DNA of 64,000 nucleotides, taken from Macrostomum lignano (Eukaryota). A program made the translations under genes and the position numbers. The notes under the pieces were generated by a model. The model was not told the origin of the DNA. It saw only the letters and a list, made by a program, of their open reading frames with translations, and did no database searches. Below, one piece after another: positions 1 through 12,596 of this stretch. Where the stretch lies: positions 1 through 64,000 of the forward strand of contig NIVC01000085.1 of NCBI GenBank assembly GCA_002269645.1, written 5' to 3'. Position 1 is the stretch's first letter. Each line of letters starts with the position of its first letter.

Positions 1-395
<395 letters not shown>

Positions 396-1394
396 GAATT
401 CACTACAGCATTAACTAATGGCTCCAAGCACCTCACAGAGCCCCGGTGCCCTCAGAGCGGCAGCATCATATATCGCATCAACTGACACCGGCAGGCCCAG
501 AGGCGGCCTGCAAGTCACAGCTGCGCCCCCGTGAACTATGGCAACAGTTCAAGGTGGATGAAAGGAATGCTTGCAACGGGAGAAAGAACGACTAAAGACA
601 GGAGCCGGCACTACCAGCGCCAGGTAGAAGAGACGCGGAATAAAGGGGACACGATGGAAGGGAGTGAAGGAGACCACCTGACGGGGAGATGTCGGACCCC
701 CAGCCTCCCGCGCGCCCATACGTCACGCTCCCTCTTGAAAGTAGCTATGCCTGAAAATAATCGCTTCTTCCTGGGAGTCACCTGTTCGAATCCGGTGCAG
801 ACGGAGGTAGCGGCGGTGCCTCGGAGACAGCAGTGGCTACTCGCTATCAGAGGGCACTTGCCCCCCCCCGCCTGCATAAAATGGGCCATAGCGAGAATTG
901 CACCGGATGGAGAGTTTATGTTGGGGAGATTTGCATCTTTCTGGTCGCGGCGGCATGCTGAAGCAGTCAGTTCGCGTCAGCTGGTGCACGACCGTAGGGG
1001 GGGGCAGCAGCAGGTGAGCAATTCATCACTGGGCCAGAGGGGACACAGAAGTCTTGTCTCCGAGGCACCAACCGACCGGCCCGTCCCGCGTGGAGATTCG
1101 CAAATTCACTTTGGTCTTATCTCCTATTACCCTCTTCCCCTTCTCCCCACTGTCTTATCCTGCCTTCTTCTGTCTATTTTCTTCCAATCTTGGGACAGCA
1201 ATCTCCATTTTTAAACAGCGGCCAGCGAAAGGCGGCAGCCTGCCTGCCTGCTTCCGAAGGTGTTGGAGTGTCGTACACGAGGCTTTAAATTAGCGTCTCT
1301 GCTTCTTCACTCTCCCGGATGCGCAACTGGCTGCACAAGGATTGCGCTTCACTGTTGCGGCACTTTGTAATTGATCTGGCGGTGACCTCAGACT

Positions 1395-2092
1395 CCGTCT
1401 CTACCTCTCTCTCTCTCTTCTGTCTATCTCTGTCTACCTCTCTCCGTCCCTCTATCTCTCCCTTTCTCTCTCTGCCTCTCTACCTCTCTCTCTACCTCTC
1501 TCCCTCCCTCTGCCTCTCTCTGTCTCTACCTCTCTACCCCCTCTCTCTCTGTCTATCTCTGTCTACCTCTCTCCATCTCTCTACCTCTCTCTTTCTCTCT
1601 CTGCCTCTCTATCTCTCTCTACCTCTCTACCTCTCTCAACCTCTTTCTACCTCCCTACCTCTCTCTACCTCTCTCTACCTCTCTACCTCTCTCAACCTCT
1701 TTCTACCTCCCTACCTCTCTCTACCTCTCTCTACCTCTTTTCCTCCGTCTACCTCTCTCGCTCTCTCTCTCTCTGCCTCTCTATCTCTCTCTACCTCTCT
1801 ACCTCTCTCAACCTCTTTCTACCTCCCTACCTCTCTCTACCTCTCTCTACCTCTCTACCTCTCTCAACCTCTTTCTACCTCCCTACCTCTCTCTACCTCT
1901 CTCTACCTCTTTCCCTCCGTCTACCTCTCTCGCTCTCTCTCTCTCTCTGTCTCTCTACTTCTCTCCCCTCTCTCTACGCTCTCCCTCTCTCTCCAGCGCT
2001 TCTATCGATACATGTACATCTCCTTTTCTCTTTTGACGGTCTCTCTCTCCCCCTCTCTCCATTCCCTCTCTTTCTCTTTTTCTCTAATGCCA
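1395..2092. repeat. CT-rich low-complexity / (TCTCTACC)-type microsatellite
   Basis: Almost only C/T with recurring CTCTCTAC units; produces the spurious S/L-rich ORF 1319-2152. Confidence 0.95.
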
Positions 2093-3144
2093 TATTGGTT
2101 ATGCCACATTGGTTTCATTTTCACTCTTGACTCGACAACCTTTCTCAAGTGAATCAGTCTCGTAAATCCCAGACAACAGAACTTGCCTTGCCAGTAAGAA
2201 CCGGTCAATCAAAGCTCCACCACCGTCCCCGCCACTTCTATTTCTAAATTAGGCCAGCCACCTTCGCGATGATAAAACTCGAAGTTTGATTCGAGCTCAC
2301 CCCCACTCGCACTCGGACTTAAGGGGGGGGGGTCGGTCGGTTTTACAATCTCTAGAGAAGAAGGTGCAATAAACAGCCGAATCCCATTAAGCTACTGGCT
2401 GGCTGGGTGCAGATGTTAAAAGTTTTTCAATGTCCCCTAAAAAGGCAACCTGACTTTAGTAATAACGATCTTTATGGGCGTTTTCTCGCACAAGCTTTGA
2501 GCACGATGGACTGCTAAATAAAGAGAACCTATATATACTATCTTGAGCTCAGAGCAGGGCTCGGCCACCATGCACCGATCGCAACATTGGCCAGACCTAC
2601 TGCCAAAATTTTAAGTGTTGATCACAAAAAAAACTTTGCCACATGCATATCTGTGCGTCAGTGCGAAGGATATTTGTCTAACCAAAGCCACCTCTTCCCC
2701 TATCCCTTGACAGCGTGTCCGTGTCTGTCTGTCTGTCTACCAACATACCCCAGTTTTGCTGTCCGCCTGTCCGTCTGTCAGCCTCACGGCTGCCTGTGTG
2801 TTTCTATAAGCTATAATCGTCCAGAACAGTTGCTATGCTGGTGTCGGGCACAACGTGGCGGCTTCCTTGTTTTATGAGCTGTTTTTAGCCAAACGAAAGT
2901 TTTGATGGACCCTTGCGGCAGAGGGGGGGGGACGGCTGCCACAAGGGGCCTGTGGGTTCGATTCTGGCGTTCTGCAGACACGTCACCTCTATCAGTGCAG
3001 TGTGCAGTGTCTGCCGAAGATACTTGACAGTAGTGTTCTTGTCTACTGTAACAGCAGCTGTCACAACTGGTCAAGGGATGATATTGTTTTTACTGAAATT
3101 GGACAACGCAATTTACTGTATAGTGGAGAGTGATTTAGTCGATG

Positions 3145-3614
3145 GTGCTGTCCTGCAGAGTGCTGTCCTGCAGAGTGCTGTCCTGGAGAGTGCTGCCCTG
3201 GAGAGTGCTGCCCTGGAGAGTGCTGTCCTGCAGAGTGCTGTCCTGGAGAGTGCTGTCCTGCAGAGTGCTGTCCTGGAGAGTGCTGCCCTGGAGAGTGCTG
3301 TCCTGGAGAGTGCTGCCCTGGAGAGTGCTGTCCTGGAGAGTGCTGTCCTGGAGAGTGTTGTCCTGCAGAGTGCTGTCCTGCAGAGTGCTGTCCTGGAGAG
3401 TGCTGCCCTGGAGAGTGCTGTCCTGCAGAGTGCTGTCCTGGAGAGTGCTGTCCTGCAGAGTGCTGTCCTGGAGAGTGCTGTCCTGGAGAGTGCTGTCCTG
3501 GAGAGTGCTGTCCTGGAGAGTGCTGTCCTGGAGAGTGCTGTCCTGCAGAGTGCTGTCCTGCAGAGTGCTGTCCTGCAGAGTGCTGTCCTGCAGAGTGCTG
3601 TCCTGCAGAGTGCT
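3145..3614. repeat. 15-bp minisatellite GAGTGCTGTCCTG(C/G)A
   Basis: About 31 tandem 15-bp units, open in several frames (SAVLQ/SAVLE, VLSWR). Confidence 0.95.
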
Positions 3615-4539
3615 AGTTTGGTGTGTCTGCAGTACAAGATGCTGTACGTGTGTGTGCTATACGAGCCACATCTATGACTTAGTTGTTTACTACTTATATG
3701 CATATTTTAAGAAAATCGGAAAATCGGAACTCGGTTTTATCATGATTTTATTAACAATAATCAGAATCACAATATGGCTACTTATTTAGCTACTATTAGT
3801 AGGGTTAGGAAGATTTTGTTTTTAAAAAGGTAGGAGTCTGCAACCGAGGAAGAGAGAGAGAGGGAGTTGTCAAGTGTACATGTAGCTCAATTTACGAATT
3901 TAAATGAAAAATATTTTAATCATTTTGTGTTGGTTTTCTCAGTGTTGCCTTGACTTTGGTAGCTGCAATCTAGATTGGGCAAGTATCGCTTCTGAGAGCG
4001 CAGTTTCATTGTGTCAAAGCATTTCCGCGCAATGTACATGTAGAGGCCTGTGTCAGTGCGCTTCAACCGCAATGTACATGTAGAGGCCTGTGTCAAGTGA
4101 ATGACAAGGACTTTGAGGCTATGTGAAATTAGGAATAGGAAATCGCCTACTAAACAGTAGTATGAATAGAATGTGTAAAGGAATCTCTAAGAGTTATACG
4201 AGCCGTAAGCAAGCAAATTTTTGGCGCAATGTCAAACTGTTCCTGCCTTTTAAGTGAAATCAGTGGTTTGCTTTGAAATATGAAAAAAGCAGAATAAAAA
4301 TTATTATTCAAAACTCATTTGTCTTCTTGTCTTCTTCTGAGCTCCGGATCTCGAAGTCTCGAACCTTGGTTGCTCTTTTGACAAACCTGACCAAATGGAC
4401 AGACAGTGTCCAAATGGACCATCTGTTAGGCCTCAAATATTCATTTAAGAGACATGCCAATCATTCAATTAATGTTTCGACTTTCGTCTATGGTCAAAAC
4501 ACTGTCTAAGGTCTGTGTAGGTACGGCAGTTCAGTACCT

Positions 4540-4864
4540 AGAGGCCGCCGGCGCCAGCTGGACAAGCTGGTTAGCGCTGCAGCGAGCGTCAGCCTGGTGG
4601 TCAACACGAAGAAGACCATTGTGCTCTGCGTGCCGGGCGAACATCAAGGCCGCAATTTTCTGCAAAGGCGCTGACGGGCAGGCAACGGAGCTTCCGCGCT
4701 GTCAGCAGTTCGTCTACATCGGCGGTCTGGTACCTGACGTCGGCGAAGATCTGCGGCGTCGCCGTGGGCTCGCTTGGGGTGCCTTTCGCTCTGTGAGGGC
4801 GGTCCTGCAGTCCGAGGCCCTACCTGATCGCCAGAGGGCGGCGCTGTTCCAGGCGGTGGTCAAG
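4540..4864 (+). mobile_element. Fragment of a non-LTR retrotransposon (RTE/L2-like), end of RT and post-RT region, frameshifted
   Basis: One frame gives SLVVNTKKTIVL (cf. GL.IN.KKT). The next frame gives QQFVYIGGLVPDVGEDLRRRRGLAWGAFRSVRAVLQSEALPDRQRAALFQAVV (cf. F.YLG...RI..A..AF..L...K..LY...V in LINE ORF2). Confidence 0.75.
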
Positions 4865-5080
4865 TAGGACCTGTTCAATAGGACAGGTTTCAATTAAGAA
4901 ACCTGTCCTATTGAACTGCCTGAGCGCAGCGCGAAGCGTTCTCCAGAGCATTCTACGAACGTAATTGCACTTGCCATCAGGAAAATCCAGGGGCTTCGCC
5001 AATGCGCCATGGATCTTGTGGTGACCGGGTGGAGGGACAAAGCCAAGAATTCTACATATGCATAGGCACATGACTAAATC

Positions 5081-5521
5081 AAGGACTACTTAAGTAGAAG
5101 GACGTGAAGCTATAATTTTCTTAGAAAATGTTAGTGTCAGTTTTTTTGCCGAAAAATACACTATGGAGATAGAAAGTTTTCACTTTATTCAAATAAAATT
5201 GTTATTGCTTTCGATAGAAGGCAGACCCAATGTTCATCTTTTGATATGTTTTATCTTTCCTATAAAAATGCAATGCACAGCTCGACTATTTGGTTTTATG
5301 AATCTATTTCATCATCTCTGTTACAAATTGTTACACAGTACACAGCAAAACATAGGCATCAAAAGATGAACATTGTGTCTGCCTCCTATCGAAAGCAATA
5401 ACAATTTTAATCTGAAACAGTGAAAAGTTCCTAACTCCGTAGTGTATTTTTCGGCAAAAACCAGCCTCCTTAACATTTTTTAAGAAATGTAAGTTCCTGT
5501 CTTATTACTAGAGTAGTCCAT
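5081..5521. mobile_element. Foldback/MITE-like element with about 165-bp imperfect inverted arms
   Basis: 5081-5245 matches the reverse complement of 5358-5521 (e.g. TTTTTGCCGAAAAATACACTA and AAAATTGTTATTGCTTTCGATAG) around a spacer of about 110 bp. No TSD recognised. Confidence 0.7.
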
Positions 5522-5574
5522 AAAGTAAATTCCGACATGTAAATTATTTTCAGAATCGGGTGTTGTCAGCACTG

Positions 5575-8500
5575 TTTTGGCGCAGCAGGCACTCATATTG
5601 GCGCCGCAGGCACTCATTTTGGCGCCGCAGACAGGCACTCATTTTGGCGCCGCAGGCACTCATTTTGGCGCCGCAGGCAGGCACTCATTTTGGCGCCGCA
5701 GGCAGGCACTCATTTTAGCGCCGCAGACAGGCACTCATTTTGGCGCCGCAGGCACTCATTTTGGCGCCGCAGACACGCAATAATTTTAGCGCCGCAGGCA
5801 GGCACTCATTTTAGCGCCGCAGACACTAATTTTGGCGCCGAAGGCACTCATTTTGGCGCCTCAGGCACGCACTCATTTTAGCGCCGCAGGTGCAGGCACT
5901 GCCTTTGGCGCCGCAGGCAGGCACTCATTTTGGCGCCGCAGACAGGCACTCATTTTGGCGCCGCAGGCAGGCACTCATTTTAGCGCCGCAGGCACGCACT
6001 CATTTTGGCGCCGCAGGCAGGCACTCATTTTAGCGCCGCAGGCAGGCACTCATTTTGGCGCCGCAGGAACTTATTTTAGCACCGCAGACACGCACTCATT
6101 TTAGCGCCGCAGGCACTCATTTTAGCGCCGCAGACACTAATTTTGGCGCCGAAGGCACTCATTTTGGCGCCGCAGACAGGCACTCATTTTGGCGCCGCAG
6201 GCAGGCACTCATTTTAGCGCCGCAGGCACGCACTCATTTTGGCGCCGCAGGCAGGCACTCATTTTAGCGCCGCAGGCAGGCACTCATTTTGGCGCCGCAG
6301 GCACTCATTTTAGCGCCGCAGACACGCACTCATTTTAGCGCCGCAGGCAGGCACTCATTTTGGCGCCGCAGGAACTTATTTTAGCACCGCAGACACGCAC
6401 TCATTTTAGCGCCGCAGGCACTCATTTTAGCGCCGCAGACACTAATTTTGGCGCCGAAGGCACTCATTTTGGCGCCGCAGACACGCACTCATTTTAGCGC
6501 CGCAGGTGCAGGCACTGCCTTTGGCGCCGCAGGCAGGCACTCATTTTGGCGCCGCAGACAGGCACTCATTTTGGCGCCGCAGGCAGGCACTCATTTTAGC
6601 GCCGCAGACAGGCACTCATTTTGGCGCCGCAGGCACTCATTTTGACGCCGCAGGCACTGCCTTTGGCGCCGCAGGCAGGCACTCATTTTGGCGCCGCAGG
6701 CAGGCACTCATTTTAGCGCTGCAGACACTAATTTTGGCGCCGAAGGCACTCATTTTGGCGCCACAGGCACTCATTTTGGCGCCGCAGACAGGCACTCATT
6801 TTAGCGCCGCAGGCAGGCACTCATTTTAGCGCCGCAGACAGGCACTCATTTTGGCGCCGCAGGCACTCATTTTGACGCCGCAGGCACTGCCTTTGGCGCC
6901 GCAGGCAGGCACTCATTTTGGCGCCGCAGGCAGGCACTTATTTTAGCGCTGCAGACACTAATTTTGGCGCCGAAGGCACTCATTTTGGCGCCACAGGCAC
7001 GCACTCATTTTGGCGCTGCAGGTGCAGGCACTGCCTTTTGCGCTGCAGGCAGGCACTGCCTTTGGCGCCGCAGGCAGGCACTCATTTTGGCGCCGCAGGC
7101 AGGCACTCATTTTAGCGCCGCAGACACTAATTTTGGCGCCGAAGGCATTCATTTTGGCGCCGCAGACAGGCACTCATTTTGGCACCGCAGGCACTCATTT
7201 TGGCGCCGCAGGCAGGCACTCATTTTGGCGCCGCAGACAGGCACTCATTTTAGCGCCGCAGGCAGACACTCATTTTAGCGCCGCAGGCACTCATTTTGAC
7301 GCCGCAGGCACTGCCTTTGGCGCCGCAGGCAGGCACTCATTTTGGGGCCACAGGCACTCATTTTGGCGCCGCAGGCAGGCACTCATTTTAGCGCCGCAGA
7401 CAGGCACTCATTTTGGCGCCGCAGGCACTCATTTTGGCGCCGCAGACACGCAATAATTTTAGCGCCGCAGGCAGGCACTCATTTTAGCGCCGCAGACACT
7501 AATTTTGGCGCCGAAGGCACTCATTTTGGCGCCTCAGGCACGCACTCATTTTAGCGCCGCAGGTGCAGGCACTGCCTTTGGCGCCGCAGGCAGGCACTCA
7601 TTTTGGCGCCGCAGACAGGCACTCATTTTGGCGCCGCAGGCAGGCACTCATTTTAGCGCCGCAGGCACGCACTCATTTTGGCGCCGCAGGCAGGCACTCA
7701 TTTTAGCGCCGCAGGCAGGCACTCATTTTGGCGCCGCAGGAACTTATTTTAGCACCGCAGACGCGCACTCATTTTAGCGCCGCAGGCACTCATTTTAGCG
7801 CCGCAGACACTAATTTTGGCGCCGAAGGCACTCATTTTGGCGCCGCAGACAGGCACTCATTTTGGCGCCGCAGGCAGGCACTCATTTTAGCGCCGCAGGC
7901 ACGCACTCATTTTAGCGCCGCAGGCAGGCACTCATTTTAGCGCCGCAGGCAGGCACTCATTTTGGCGCCGCAGGCACTCATTTTAGCGCCGCAGACACGC
8001 ACTCATTTTAGCGCCGCAGGCAGGCACTCATTTTGGCGCCGCAGGAACTTATTTTAGCACCGCAGACACGCACTCATTTTAGCGCCGCAGGCACTCATTT
8101 TAGCGCCGCAGACACTAATTTTGGCGCCGAAGGCACTCATTTTGGCGCCGCAGACACGCACTCATTTTAGCGCCGCAGGTGCAGGCACTGCCTTTGGCGC
8201 CGCAGGCAGGCACTCATTTTGGCGCCGCAGACAGGCACTCATTTTGGCGCCGCAGGCAGGCACTCATTTTAGCGCCGCAGACAGGCACTCATTTTGGCGC
8301 CGCAGGCACTCATTTTGACGCCGCAGGCACTGCCTTTGGCGCCGCAGGCAGGCACTCATTTTGGCGCCGCAGGCAGGCACTCATTTTAGCGCTGCAGACA
8401 CTAATTTTGGCGCCGAAGGCACTCATTTTGGCGCCACAGGCACTCATTTTGGCGCCGCAGACAGGCACTCATTTTAGCGCCGCAGGCAGGCACTCATTTT

Positions 8501-9090
8501 AGCGCCGCAGACAGGCACTCATTTTGGCGCCGCAGGCACTCATTTTGACGCCGCAGGCACTGCCTTTGGCGCCGCAGGCAGGCACTCATTTTGGCGCCGC
8601 AGGCAGGCACTTATTTTAGCGCTGCAGACACTAATTTTGGCGCCGAAGGCACTCATTTTGGCGCCACAGGCACGCACTCATTTTGGCGCTGCAGGTGCAG
8701 GCACTGCCTTTTGCGCTGCAGGCAGGCACTGCCTTTGGCGCCGCAGGCAGGCACTCATTTTGGCGCCGCAGGCAGGCACTCATTTTAGCGCCGCAGACAC
8801 TAATTTTGGCGCCGAAGGCATTCATTTTGGCGCCGCAGACAGGCACTCATTTTGGCACCGCAGGCACTCATTTTGGCGCCGCAGGCAGGCACTCATTTTA
8901 GCGCCGCAGACAGGCACTCATTTTAGCGCCGCAGGCAGACACTCATTTTAGCGCCGCAGGCACTCATTTTGACGCCGCAGGCACTGCCTTTGGCGCCGCA
9001 GGCAGGCACTCATTTTGGGGACACAGGCACTCATTTTGGAGCCACAGGCACTCATTTTGGAGCCACAGGCACTCATTTTGGAGTCACAGG
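5575..9090. repeat. 22/26-bp minisatellite GGCACTCATTTT(G/A)GCGCCGCA(GGCA) with 1673-bp higher-order duplication
   Basis: Tandem units. Variant patterns recur at an offset of 1673 bp (ORF pairs 5832/7505, 6448/8121, 6964/8637). Confidence 0.97.
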
Positions 9091-9552
9091 CGCTATATTT
9101 TGTCGGCCTGAATCAAAATTACTAATTTCTTTATCAGGTCCTGAATGTTCCCTTGTCCCCCCCCCCGGTAGCGACAACCCCTGGGAGTGTCGAGAAAGTC
9201 GAGTATGGCGTCCTTCTATTTCCCTTGATTTGACTCGATTAAGAGCGCTTGTCAGGCGATCTACATGGGAGCCAACCCTCCCCCCAAGGCGCATCCTGTA
9301 CCTGCGTCTGATTCCATGTTGCCTCCTCTCAGTTGCCCGTCAGGCTCCCCCCAGCAGAAAACTGAACTAAACTGAGATGAGAATCTATCTAAGTTTTGAT
9401 TTTGTGCGATAAAAATTTCAACTTACTATTGAAATTACGAGCTACCAGACTTTGAAACGCAATGAAATTCAAATTCAATGAAATTGAAAAGTGCATTTAA
9501 GCGAGCATGTTTGTTTCCTCTATGTTTTCAAGTTTTAAATGGAAAAAAGAAT

Positions 9553-10165
9553 AGCACCAAGGGGCGCCAGCACCAAGGGGCTTTAGCACCAAGGGGCGCC
9601 AGCACCAAGGGGCGCCAGCACCAAGGGGCTTTAGCACCAAGGGGCGCCAGCACCAAGGGGCGCCAGCACCAAGGGGCTTTAGCACCAAGAGGCTTTAGCA
9701 CCAAGGGGCTTTAGCACCAAGGGGCGCCAGCACCAAGGGGCTTTAGCACCAAGGGGCTTTAGCACCAAGGGGCTTTAGCACCAAGGGGCTTTAGCACCAA
9801 GAGGCTTTAGCACCAAGGGGCGCCAGCACCAAGGGGCGCCAGCACCAAGGGGCTTTAGCACCAAGGGGCGCCAGCACCAAGGGGCGCCAGCACCAAGGGG
9901 CTTTAGCACCAAGGGGCGCCAGCAACAAGGGGCTTTAGCACCAAGGGGCTTTAGCACCAAGGGGCTTTAGCACCAAGGGGCGCCAGCACCAAGGGGCGCC
10001 AGCACCAAGGGGCGCCAGCACCAAGGGGCGCCAGCACCAAGGGGCTTTAGCACCAAGGGGCGCCAGCACCAAGGGGCGCCAGCACCAAGGGGCGCCAGCA
10101 CCAAGGGGCGCCAGCACCAAGGGGCGCCAGAACCAAGGGGCGCCAGCACCAAGGGGCGCCAGCAA
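9553..10165. repeat. 16-bp minisatellite GCACCAAGGGGC(GCCA/TTTA)
   Basis: About 38 tandem 16-bp units in two interspersed variants. Confidence 0.97.
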
Positions 10166-10856
10166 CTTTACCCGCTTCTATCTTGTCCTGCCAAGCTATT
10201 CTTGGAAACGAACCGGTCTGTTTAAAGATATTCCACTTTCCATATGTCGCTTCAAATGCCCACTTGCACCAGGGGGTGGCATGCAAGATTTTCGGGCATG
10301 ATAATGTATCGCGAATGCAGTTCAGTCAGTTTTGTATTCATCAAAGTAGAAGCGAGTCGAGCCTTGTGAATAATCTGCTGTTCTTAACGGGCGCAAAACG
10401 GCAAGAGGCCAGGGCAAGAAATCTTGAAGCTAGAAAGCCCTAGTTTCTGACTAAGGACGTCCCAGGGTAGAGGCTCGATTATTGAAAATCGAAACTCGAG
10501 TGTCTGCAGACTGGTTCACTATAGTTCGACCGCTAAAATTACTTTGAATCTTTCCACAGAATATCGTAGGCTGTCTTTTAGGAAGGGGGGCATACGCGAC
10601 CGGGCTACTCACACTAAAAACCAACTAATGAGATCAGTGCTGGATTCCATAAACAAGCTAGGGATCTTCTTGTGTCTAAACGTGCACGTAGACTCAGCAA
10701 CATTGAAAATTCATCAACCATCCTTGCGCCTTTTGCCCTTGCAGGTTGCACAGCTCACACATGCTGAGCGCTGAACACAACAATAATGGTAATATCGTTC
10801 AGTTCAGGGGTGGGCAGAGTTTTTTGCCTCAAGGGCATGACTGCGGGCCAGAGGAG

Positions 10857-11345
10857 GGGAGAGAGGAGAGGGAATAGAGAAGGGAGATAAGAGAAAGCAG
10901 AGGCACAAAGGAGGGGGAATAAAGGAGACGAGAGGTGAGGAGAGGAGACGAGAGGAGAGGAGAGGAGAGGGGAGGAGAGGAGAGAGAGGAGAGGAGAGGA
11001 GAGGAGAGGAGAGGAGAGGAGAGGAGGAGAGAGGAGAGGAGAGGAGAGGAGAGGAGAGGAGAGGAGAGGAGAGGAGAGGAGAGGAGAGGAGAGGAGAGGA
11101 GAGGAGAGGAGAGGAGAGGAGAGGAGAGGAGAGGAGAGGAGAGGAGAGGAGAGGAGAGGAGAGGAGAGAGAGAGAGGAGAGAGAGGAGAGGAGAGGAGAG
11201 GAGAGGAGAGGAGAGGAGAGGAGAGGAGAGGAGAGGAGAGGAGAGGAGAGGAGAGGAGAGGAGAGGAGAGGAGAGGAGAGGAGAGGAGATGAGAGGAGAG
11301 GAGAAATGATAGAAGGGAAAGAAGGGAGAGGAGAGGAGAGAAGAG
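10857..11345. repeat. (GAGAG)n pentanucleotide microsatellite
   Basis: Pure GGAGA array; source of the RGEER/LLSSP pseudo-ORFs. Confidence 0.97.
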
Positions 11346-12596
11346 AAGATAGGAGATTAGAGAGAAGAGGGCTGAAAAGAGAGGCAAAAACATTGATTGG
11401 GCCGGATTGCTTTTGTAAAGTTTCAACTCAAAAGACCGAGGGCCCGAGTGTGTTGAACCCTGCTTTATTTAGTTTCATAAACCTGGTAGCAAACAGTTGA
11501 ATTGCAGTGTTCAATTCGGAAAATGTTCTGCGAATGCCAACAAGAGAAGCTGCCCAGCACATTTGGATGCTTTAGTGTGCAGGGCTCGGAACTCGAACCA
11601 ATGGCAGCTGGGCTAGGGATGGAACTGGGATTGGTTGCCCACCCCCTTACTCTTTCATAGCGGCAGTACTGACCCAGCCAAAGAGAACCAGAATCAGTAT
11701 TTGGAGTGACAAACTCAGCTTCAGAACCCAATTTTCAGATTAGGGGCTTCATAAGACCGACTGCTGGACGATCAAGGACGATACTTAAGGCTGGCTCATA
11801 TTGTCACTAGTATCGTTGGTCAAAGATTGCTCAAAACACTCAGCCTCAGTCTTAAACCGTTTTGTGTGCTTTTTCCTAGCAGTCAACATGTAGTCTTATT
11901 ACAAAAGTTTATACGTCAAAAATTTATGATGCAGAAAAGCTTATTTTATTCCTTGATCAATTCTTTAGCAAAAATATGGCTTCAATTTAGAGCTGCCACT
12001 TCAGATTCTGGCTACGAGACTCCTTGGCCCAACCACGAAGGACATGGAATTGGGGACGAGGGTAGAGAGACGAGAGGCGAGAGAAATTTAGGGGTCTGGG
12101 ATGCTGGGCCTGGTGAGGCGATTCGAAACCCAAGAGAGTGAGTCAAGAAAGAGAGGCCTGTGTGGTGCCCTTTCCGGAATTTCCTCCCTGCCTGCATATA
12201 AGGGTAAGAATGAACTTGGTTGGTTGGGTTTCGCTCCTATGGTTCGCGCAATATCCCCCAACCAGTTCTTCCAAAAAGCCTTCCAGCCATGCTGTTTCCA
12301 ATTCGTTGCGCCGCCCACCTCCGCCCAACCGAGGCAGTTGGACCGGCCAACCCTTGCAAGCGTTTATTTAGGGCAGGCATAGCTAGCGTGTACGCAGGAC
12401 TGCAGTACAAGCTCCGCACCGCTGTACACTACACTCACGCACACAGTGAGTCAAATATTCGAGACTTTCTCCGAGTGTATATGACTCCCTATAGACCTTA
12501 CCGCCACTGATAGCAACTTCAGAAGCAAGTTAACTTTAATATATGCCAATAGAGATACCATTATAGGAGAATACCATTACACTGTGACAGTAGGAA

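Noticed and set aside
531-1214. 227-aa ORF and an ELWQQF peptide in another frame, reminiscent of a T-box start
   Set aside because: No continuation of T-box motifs and no recognisable domain; possibly decayed TE sequence.
5575-9090. CRISPR-like appearance of this and other regular arrays
   Set aside because: The units are contiguous with no unique spacers and no cas genes; the context is eukaryotic.
10047-10330. Exon-like peptide (WCKWAFEATYGKWNIF...EAG|GTAAAG) on the - strand
   Set aside because: In-frame stop upstream with no usable acceptor, and no family similarity.
11960-12330. Possible LINE 3' tail on the - strand (...GCGAAACCCAACCAACCAA)
   Set aside because: Only the tail motif is suggestive; no recognisable RT/endonuclease peptide.
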